From: Tubiluchus corallicola
Taxonomy: Eukaryota; Animalia; Priapulida
Assembly: GCA_030141605.1 (NCBI GenBank)
Contig: JAQGDQ010000019.1
Span: 806,001-870,000, forward strand
Length of the DNA stretch: 64,000 nucleotides
Direction of reading: 5' to 3'
The position numbers and the translations under genes were made by a program. This document shows positions 55,265-64,000 of the stretch, one piece after another. Position 1 is the first letter of the stretch, and every line of letters starts with the position of its first letter. The notes below the pieces were generated by a model. It searched no databases. It was not told where the DNA came from and worked only from the letters and a program-made list of their open reading frames with translations.

Positions 55265-55311
<47 letters not shown>

Positions 55312-55667
55312 TGTATGCGTGCGTGCGTGCGTGCGTGCGTGTGCGAGAGTGTGTGTGTGTGTGTGTGTGTGTGCGTGTATATATATATATATATACCACG
55401 CCAGATCGAACTGAGCCAATCCACATTTAGAGCAGGAAGAAACTCCGATAATTAGACCTCATCCAGACAGTCACAAGACCTGTAGACTACGATCAAACCG
55501 ACGTTAGGCTGTTACGTAAAGCATCATTTTTGTTACATAACGAATATTATACAACATCACAAAAATGTTACATAGTAATAAGAATTATTATTATATAATG
55601 ATGCAAAATTTGCTACTTAATGACGAATTTTGTGATATGTTCCATAATGTAACGTTTTTGTTACGCA
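54270..55667. mobile_element. ~1.4-kb degenerate inverted-repeat element with GGTCT/AGACC-rich interior
   Basis: 54270-54383 is the reverse complement of 55510-55667 (gtagcgaaaatgatgcattaggtaac vs gttacgtaaagcatcatttttgttac; cacaaattcgcca vs tgacgaattttgtg). The left interior is rich in ggtct/gatct and the right in agacc/cagac. Confidence 0.6.
55266..55394. repeat. Compound (TG)n/(TGCG)n/(TA)n microsatellite
   Basis: Directly visible. Confidence 0.95.
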
Positions 55668-55942
55668 CGGCTGCTTTAACAGTTGAACCTTAATAGTTAG
55701 TCTTTTCTGGAAATACGGCAAGACTTGTAAACATTAATAAAATAAAGTTACACATTAGCGTTATCCATTGTTACTGGAAATACTAAAACAACTACGTGGG
55801 TCCACGTGGAGCCTACTACAAATAGATACCCTTTAATTCAATTTCATTAGTGATAAATGGTGTTAGTGGCACGCTCTAGGATCTTTCTGTCTCCCACTTC
55901 AAGAGACAGATAAAAAGCGTCAGAGAGTGAGACTGGGAAGTG

Positions 55943-55946
<4 letters not shown>

Positions 55947-55992
<46 letters not shown>
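55947..55992. repeat. (GA)n microsatellite
   Basis: ~23 GA units. Confidence 0.95.
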
Positions 55993-55995
<3 letters not shown>

Positions 55996-58049
55996 AAATT
56001 GGGGAAACTTTTGCAGAGAAACCAGTAACAGGTAAACCTACGAGGTAATAAGCTAACTTAGCAGATAATGTCACTGAATTTAAATAATCCAATGCTCAGA
56101 ACGGATTTAGCAAATAAACACATTTGATACTTAGTAGTATTAAAGAATAAATTAACGCCTCGTCTAAATAGCTGAACTAACAAAGAAAAGCTCTCATTTC
56201 ACAAACTGACGGCTGCACATGACTCCACACACATCTAACTAAAGGCAGGGATTGAGCATTGGACAGGAGATGTTGAGGCGTAAAAAGCTTGAAGACACTC
56301 GTGAGCTAATAGCGCTAATACTAAGTTAGGAAAACAATAAACATATCCGTTGGTGATAGTAACAAAGAGATTACTGCCTTTTCTTTCTTGTGTCCTTCTA
56401 ATACCTATAAGCAAACAGTGATAGTAATGGTTCAAACGCGTTTAGGAGCACTAGAAACGTCACTTCAAAACTACTGAAAGCAGCTATCTTCCATCTGTTT
56501 TTTTTGGAAAAAAAATGTATTGGTATTCGCTTTCGTTAATTAAAATTATTATAATGTCGTCAAGACGTATAACAGCTTCTGTGAATAACGAGAATTGATT
56601 GCACTAACCATAGTAGAAAATAGATACAGTAGCTGTAGTAGATTTCTGCGGCGATAGTTCTTTTGAAACGCCCGACTCCAGTAAAAACTTGCCTATTATA
56701 GATTTATAGTATGGTAAAATAACCGCAAAACCTTATTAAAGTAGTATTATGAGCTTGTTAAATCTTGTTGTTGTGAAAATTATTCAAAGGTTTGTTATCA
56801 GCTGTGTAAAAAAACATTATCGGCTAATAAATGACTTAGTACTAATAAATGACAAAGTTAAATAGCATATTGCCCTTACAGGGACTGAATGTAAATAATC
56901 AAACGTTTAAATCGGGAACAACAGCTTTGAGAGAATGTCGTGGATTAATAGTTCAATCTAATAATTTCAGTCATGTATACAGTTCACTTCAAACTTTTTC
57001 TTACGTTTATGCATGACCGCGTCTGTTTGTAAATACAAAACGGCCGACTTCCTATGTCTTCAGGCACCGTTTGAACCTTTTAAGACATAAAATTTGGCTA
57101 AAAGCCAAGGACAGAGTCTGTTGGCGGCTCTTTCTCGGTCAGGTGAAGATTAATGGTTAAGAAATTATCGTGTTTCAGTTTACGGACGCTTCGAGGGCAT
57201 CTGATCACCGAATAATTTTCTTGAGCAGCGGCAACTTTTTTCATCTTAGGAATTATCAAAGTTGAGCGTAAGTGAAAAAATTCGGTTTGCTAATTTTAGG
57301 GTAATAATGGCGGAGCGTTTATTTATCCAAGGCGCCACATTGCTATTACTTTTTTGTATACCAGCAAAAGGGTTGTTGTTTACGTAACTATACGTGTAGT
57401 GGTTGATTAAAAACAATAAATTTATTTGTTCTGAAATAAATTCACTGTTCACAGCACCACAGAAAATTTAGTGCCGTGCTTTTTGTGAAAATCTTTTGCG
57501 ACTCTAGCATCATCTCGTTGATAAATTATTTTTTAAGTTCGAAGAATGACTAAGCAAAAAACTAATTTCCGAGCATTTTTTCCACTTTGACTTTAAACAT
57601 GTACTATAACAACAATGAATAAAGCACTAATAAGTAAGTATTCAAACTATCAGTTATCTTTGAAATCATCCGGCGAGGATGAATCATTGTAAGCTACTTT
57701 TGCGTTGGTGTATTTTTCAACAGGATTTTTCCCTGTAGGATACAATGTAATTTGAAAATTGGGAAACCAGTTATCTAAAAATTACAGCGTTTTTGCTCAA
57801 TTTCATGTTATTATTATTGTTTGTTACGGTTAACTAAATTTACCTATTTCGAATTGGCAGTTTGGCACGTTTGTATTATTTGCACGGCCATTTTAGTTTT
57901 GCTTAGTTTAAACTTTATTTATTTATAGTGGATTTACAAAACAGATTTACGACCATTTTACCTCAGAAAAACTGCAAACAAACCCATTGTTATTTGTCCT
58001 TAGGAAAGCAGAACACCAGAATAGTGACTTATATATAATATATATAATG

Positions 58050-58130
58050 ACATTAAATTTTTATAAAAAAAATGCAATGATTGGAAACTTGTTTCTAAGC
58101 ATTGCACTTTTTTTTATAAAAATTTAATGT
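58050..58130. repeat. Near-perfect 81-bp palindrome/hairpin
   Basis: acattaaatttttataaaaaaaatgcaatgattggaaac-tt-gtttctaagcattgcactttttttt ataaaaatttaatgt. Confidence 0.85.
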
Positions 58131-61100
58131 TAACCCTTTAAAGCCACAAAGGTGGGGCAAGTTAATTCTATTATCGATTAAATCTGAATCATAAAACTGC
58201 TGTTGATGACACATTACATATTTGTCCTGAAATTTCGATTTTGCTCCTTCCCTTAAGTATTTCGTACTATTCCTTATTACAGCAAATGGACCATTAGATC
58301 AATACTAATGCTTCACAGACAGTGCCTGTCGGAGAGTGAGTCATAAGGCCATGACATAGTTCATCTCAGGTGAAACTCATTTAAACCGACTTATTTTAAC
58401 TAGCAAGACATCGTAAACTTGGACGCCCGAATCCCACCCAAAAACCGACAGAACATTTCTCAGGTCGTACTGCACTGGCAAACTTGCAAATGCATTCAAA
58501 TTCAAGATGTAGAATTTGTTTGCTTTGGCCTCGGGCACTTATGAAATAATTAAACCAAATATCTCAGCCGAGTTCACGTGGCTTTCAACATGATGAACAA
58601 GTTTTCGAAAATCTTAGGCTTAAACATCGCTAAACTTACAGAGCATGTCTTTGTCAAAATACATTTCTAAGCTGACTAACTGCTGACGTGCATTTTGACA
58701 CTTTCTGCAGCATCCTATTCTGTAAGTAGCAATTAAAGATTTTTCTTGGTTATTATAAAATTTCGCAACGATATAAAACAGCAATTAGTATGTGTGTTAG
58801 CAATGCATGACCATCGTTAATAGCATAATCCTACTGACATAGTCTAAATATTTTGAATTTATTGTACCGCTATAAAACACTATTTTTTAAAAGATGCGAT
58901 GTTATAATTTTGTTTATTTTCGTGTGTAAACACATGTTGTAAACAGGTAACATTCTACAGTGCTCAATGTGTTCTCAATAAAATTGAAAGTAATGATCAG
59001 CATTAAAGCTACAATAACTGCTACTAGTTAAGTAATATTGTCTCAAATAGTTGAAAACTTTTGCCGCGTCATTATAGTACACATCACAGTAGCCAAAATT
59101 ATGTTAACAAAAAATAATACTGTACTTGTATTTTTTTAAAATAAGTGAGGCATTCAAGTGCAGTTGTCCGTTAAGGGCATTGTCGGTTCCGATATGTTTT
59201 ATACCATCTGAATTAGACAACTCACTGATTAGACAGATTGAAATAACTGATATAGTACTAAATAGTAGCTTTCGTATGTATACTTTAAAGTATTTTTCTG
59301 CGCTTTATATATTAGTAGAAATTATCGCTTTAGATAAGCAGTACGAAATGAAAGTAAACTAAAAGTGATATTAAGTTGTAAACACTTTAGAATGGTATTG
59401 TATTTTATAACATTTAGGTGTGTCCCACACTTAAAGGGTTTTTCATCGTAAGTTTTATTACAATTATTTTTACGTAACGTTTAAGTTTGAGTTCATTGCC
59501 ATTATTTAGTCCATATAAATCAAAATTGTAGTTACTTTGTGGATTACAATCTTCTACTTATGTACAACACTCTATTATAATTTCATTTACACAAAGGATA
59601 CTATTATACTAATCAGTAGCTACGTTAGGAACTGAAAAATCATGAATGGCAACGCTAATGCATACGTGAGTGAGGGCACTTAGTGTTAAATCCCAATTAA
59701 GCGTTTCAGGCTGAAATGTCTTAGATTTTTAAAACAACGAATTTACAATACCGCAATACGTTTTAAGTTTAACAGTGTTTACAGTATTTCAGAATTTCTT
59801 TGACATAAACTATAACTTTTCTTTTGCATAAACAATACTCAGCTTTTTAGCAAGTTGAAAATGAACTAACTGGGAAGCGTAGCATTGTTGTTGCAATAGC
59901 GTTTCGCTACTACTGCTTTAATACATGTGTAATTGATTATAGCCCGCAACCTTGAATCAATACTGAACAACCCAATTTTATTGTCACAATGACAATATTT
60001 ACTTGTTTCAAATGTTGTTAGAATGTATAAAAATAAGCATGATTACTAGTCACACTTACACTTGAATAATTATGAGTAATTTTACAAAACAATTTGCGAA
60101 CCAACTTTGTCATCATACCGGAAACAAACGTGTCATTTCTGACTGATAAATAATGGGACGAGAATGATGTTGGCAACAATCCCCAGTTTTTCTTCTACCT
60201 AACATTGTGAGTTCTTCCTGTTACTAATGGACTGTGTCACCTGTTATTATTTTTGAAGAAAACTGTAGTAAGCTCGACGCAGCATCCGCCCGACAGGATT
60301 CAGTTCTTTGTTACAAGGAGGCGGCTGCCGGAGCGGAGCTATCGAGCAGATGGGAAGACGCAATGCAGCTGCCCTTCTCAGCCGAAGCGCAAGCGATTTT
60401 ACACTGGTTCTCTTTTGTGTGGATCCATCTGTGCTGTTAGTGCTTTGTTACTCAACTAGTCTGATTATTAAATTTTGTAGACCAAATGATATGTGCATTT
60501 TGTGTCGAAAATTATAAATGGTAAAAAAACTATGAACTTGCGAGCAGTGTTGAAATAAATTATCGAGTAGGCACGAATTGCTTTATCTAATATTTCGCGG
60601 GTATGACACCATCTTTGGGTCCACTACTCCACTTTGGGTATTTTCGGAGTGTGCGTCCTTTGGTTCACGCAGGGTGCACGGAGCAGTGTGAGGAATCAAT
60701 ATCGGAAAAGCAAATATCCTTGAACAAATTTTAACCACTTCAAGCTCAAGATAGCCGCTAGCTCACGAGGATTACGAGGCTAAATTTATTTGTACAAAAT
60801 AGTATGGAGAAATAGGCAATTGCCAAAAAAGCTGTTGTTAATGGATTTTCAGACCGTTGCATGGTCACCTGGTCAGAAAAAATTTTGAACCAAAGGACAC
60901 TAGGTGCAAACAAAACGGTGTTGTAACTTTTTTACAAACTGTGAGTTTAGGACATGAATTCAAATTATGGAACAATTAAATACGAAGTATTATAGGTAAG
61001 ATCACATTTAATTAACATAATTGTAAAGATGATGTTCGTTTTTGTTCTTACTTTAACATAGAGTCATTGAGCGCCATGAATTGAATACTTAGTGCGTGAG

Positions 61101-61377
61101 TAAACTGATAAGCAAAAATTGTCCATGAAAAATAAAAATGGGCAAACTTGTGGATTCTCCTTTATTTAAGCTCCACGCACAGGTAAAATGATTTTTTGAA
61201 TATCCTGCAGAAGTGTCTACAGTGCATTGCAATGGCTTTTTTTAATTTAAGAATTTTTTGGATAAGTTTTAGAGTCTCGTGCGGAAACGTATTCTGAATC
61301 TATCCATTTTTTGCCGCAAATGTTAATCTATTGGCTGTTAAGAAATAAAGTGTTTTAGTATATTTTTTCATTCCGTC

Positions 61378-61531
61378 GTGTTCTATTCTATTCTGTTCTG
61401 TTCTGTTACGTTACGTTATGTTACATTACATTACATTACTTTATATTTTATTCTACTCTATTCTGCTCTAGCTCTGCGGATCTTACTCTGGCTCTGCTCC
61501 GCTCCGCTCCGCTCCATTCTATTCTATTCTA
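61378..61531. repeat. Compound pentanucleotide microsatellite (ATTCT/GTTCT/GTTAC/ATTAC/GCTCT/GCTCC)
   Basis: Directly visible. Confidence 0.85.
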
Positions 61532-63745
61532 TAAAATATCTTTGTATCTGGACTAATTGCTGTTGTATTTGGCAGTGATGTATGGTTGTGATACATACAA
61601 TTGGCTCGGAAACTGCTGCCCAATACTACTTTATTTCATCAGCTATAATAATTTATGGCAATTAAGATTCTGATATCAATTACGACTATTGTGTTTTTGC
61701 CGTTCTTTTCATGCTAAACTGGTTTAGAGCAAATTTTGCGATCACTTTTTTAGCCGAATAAACACTGCGTGCGTTTCTGTGATCCTATTATGTTATTTTT
61801 GCTACGAAAATTAATTGTCCTGTAGTTCCTTTTCATAACTTTACAAAGAAATCAAACAAGTCCTTGACGCCATAATTACAGTCGATCGTAGCCACTGAAA
61901 AATCATATCTTGCGCTATTAAATTGTATTAGCGTTTACATTTGAAGTTCTGAAAGAGTTACTTCTATTCGCGAGGACGAATATAACTAGGTGCTATGGCT
62001 GTCTAGTATGTGACAGTCATTTAATACAGGGCGTTCCAAAATGAAAAAGAACGGCAGAAATATGCTGACATCCTGAAATATGTCGACTAGTGATCAAATC
62101 ACAAAGAAATGCAGTTAAGTGCTAGGTCAAGTAGTAAAAGGTTTTATAATGCGATTACTACGGCGCTCATAATTTACTGTAGCGCACTTATTGGACGTTG
62201 TGTGATACAATATGCAGTGTGCTTTCGTTTTTGTTGTAACACCTGTATTACCAGTCAAGATAAGCTGCCTCCAAGTTCGCTCAAATTAAAGCCCAAACTT
62301 GTGAAACTACACAGTTAAATTTTGCACCTAAATGCAGGATGTTTGCCGAAGCGACTAACTTGTGCAACCTACGGTTACTTTACATTATTGTTTGGTATTG
62401 TGTGCACTAAAAGGGACAAGCTGGAAGTCTAAACCTCCTCGCAGTCGCTTTGAATAAGATCTGCTGAATTTTAAGCTTGGCAATGCAATGCTAGTTTTAC
62501 AGACTGTTATAACAGCTTACACAAATTAAGATTATATGTTGCTATCAATTGCTAATTCTAACAGCTAAAAAATGAAAATGCTGGTACTGTGATAAAATAA
62601 CTTAAATGGAACTTTACAATTTGTTATAAGGATGGCTTTCATAACTGCGCCCTAAAATAGTACAAAGGTGTGTAGACCGTTCACACACTTTGCAAATTAC
62701 ATGTGTAAATACGGTTGTTTAATAGTCAATACTTCTAAACGCCATGTTCCTTAAAGCTTTTTTGGTTAGCGTTAGGTTTCACAATTTGCAACTGTGGCTG
62801 ATCTTGAAAATGTAACACAGTGAACATTTAAACGCATGTGTAATAGTTTTGAGATTTTTCACATGTACTTAACTTAATACTTAAGAGTATCCGGATCAGT
62901 AAGGGGTTCTATGCAAGCAGATCACAAACAAAAACTGTTACCAACTTCGAAAAACTGTTAGTAAGATCTTTTCTTATTTGTCATTGTATGATTCAAAAAT
63001 TGCAGACTTTTGTACTTGGTAAAGCCAGCAATAAATTTTGCAACGTCTCAACAGTAGGAAGGAAAATCGAATTAGCTACCAGTCTCTTATCTGTTGCGTT
63101 GAACTTATAGTAAAAAGGTTGCATCGCTTCTGTATTTTTTCGTTCAGTAAACTAATTAAACTATCCTTGGCTTATGGCCTAGTCTATGAATTTCTGCATC
63201 ATGCAGCAAAATAGCCTTCACTAGTCAGTGTGAAATATTCTGATACGATAGCGTTACAATCACTTAAGCAGGTGAGACTGACGGTGAGCAGGGTGTGTTA
63301 CATTGTGCAAATAATATCATATTTAATTCTCTGTGATTGTCATTTTTATGTGTGTTTTAGTACATATGAATAGTTGAAAGTGATTCGCCTAAGTAGTCAT
63401 ATACAAAGCTGTGTTGAAACTTGTTAAAATTCGTATAAATATTGTTTTTGTCTAGAACCCGAAAATAACTGTTATTATTTGTAATAAATTTTGAACAATG
63501 GAATTGCTTCTTTAATACTTTTCAGTTGCACAGCAATTAGATTTTTAATCACGTATTTGTATATTATGACCTTTGTATATTGCTGATATAGTTTTAATGT
63601 CTTTTAGTAAGTTATTATTGTTTACATAAATAAGATGCGTAAGTATATTAAGTGTATTTAGAAAGAGAAAGTTTATAGTCAATTGGTAACATATTTCATT
63701 GCTTATTTTTACTTAAACTGCTTATGTAATTTGCAGGTTAGTCAC

Positions 63746-63919
63746 ATGGCGGCAGCACCTCCTCCGGGTGATCCCCAACCACCTCCAGGGGCAGCAGTAG
63801 ACGGACGAGAATCACCTGTGTGTCTGCTTAATTCTTTACACATCAAACCTCCCATTTCATCACCTCCTCCACCAATACTAAGTCCCGAAGGCATGGAGTG
63901 CTTTGGAAATGAACGTTCT
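63746..63919 (+). CDS. Probable first coding exon of an unidentified gene with a proline-rich N-terminus (continues beyond the window)
   Basis: Acceptor tttgcag| at 63736; cacATGGcg start context; GC-rich island in AT-rich DNA; MAAAPPPGDPQPPPGAAVDGRESP...SPEGMECFGNERS; donor TCT|gtaaga at 63920. Confidence 0.55.
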
Positions 63920-64000
63920 GTAAGATTTCCTAAATTAGTCAGTTAAATACTCAGTCAGTCAGCCAATTTGGCAAAATTTTTTAATATGTATTTTATTCAA

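Noticed and set aside
58130-59440. piggyBac-like start TTAACCCTTT
   Set aside because: No matching AAAGGGTTAA right end found

Overview
AT-rich invertebrate (probably protostome) eukaryotic genomic DNA. Most ORFs in the supplied track are spurious. Genes: (1) a complete 9-coding-exon Ena/VASP (enabled) gene on the minus strand, reconstructed by hand. The ATG is at 30628 and the stop at 1599-1601; all GT-AG phases are consistent, giving about 438 aa (EVH1, Gln/Tyr-rich linker, polyproline, EVH2 GAB/FAB and tetramerisation helix), with a ~19.8 kb first intron. (2) A single-coding-exon GT31 beta-1,3-galactosyltransferase on the plus strand (47417-48472). (3) The probable first coding exon of an unidentified proline-rich gene at the window end. 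(4) A decayed intronless tetraspanin retro-pseudogene. Repeats: a three-layer nest just upstream of ena (CR1 3' fragment, then hAT MITE, then 5'-truncated RTE-X-like LINE), a 1.3-kb hAT element carrying a nested 96-bp hAT MITE (both with 8-bp TSDs), two ~1.4-kb fold-back elements, an Academ-like transposase relic and several microsatellites. The most unusual observations are two copies of a palindromic repeat whose arms carry outward-facing tRNA-Thr(UGU)-like units, and a candidate 36-nt post-EVH1 ena microexon with clustered upstream UGCAUG motifs. All calls are by eye; no database searches were run.
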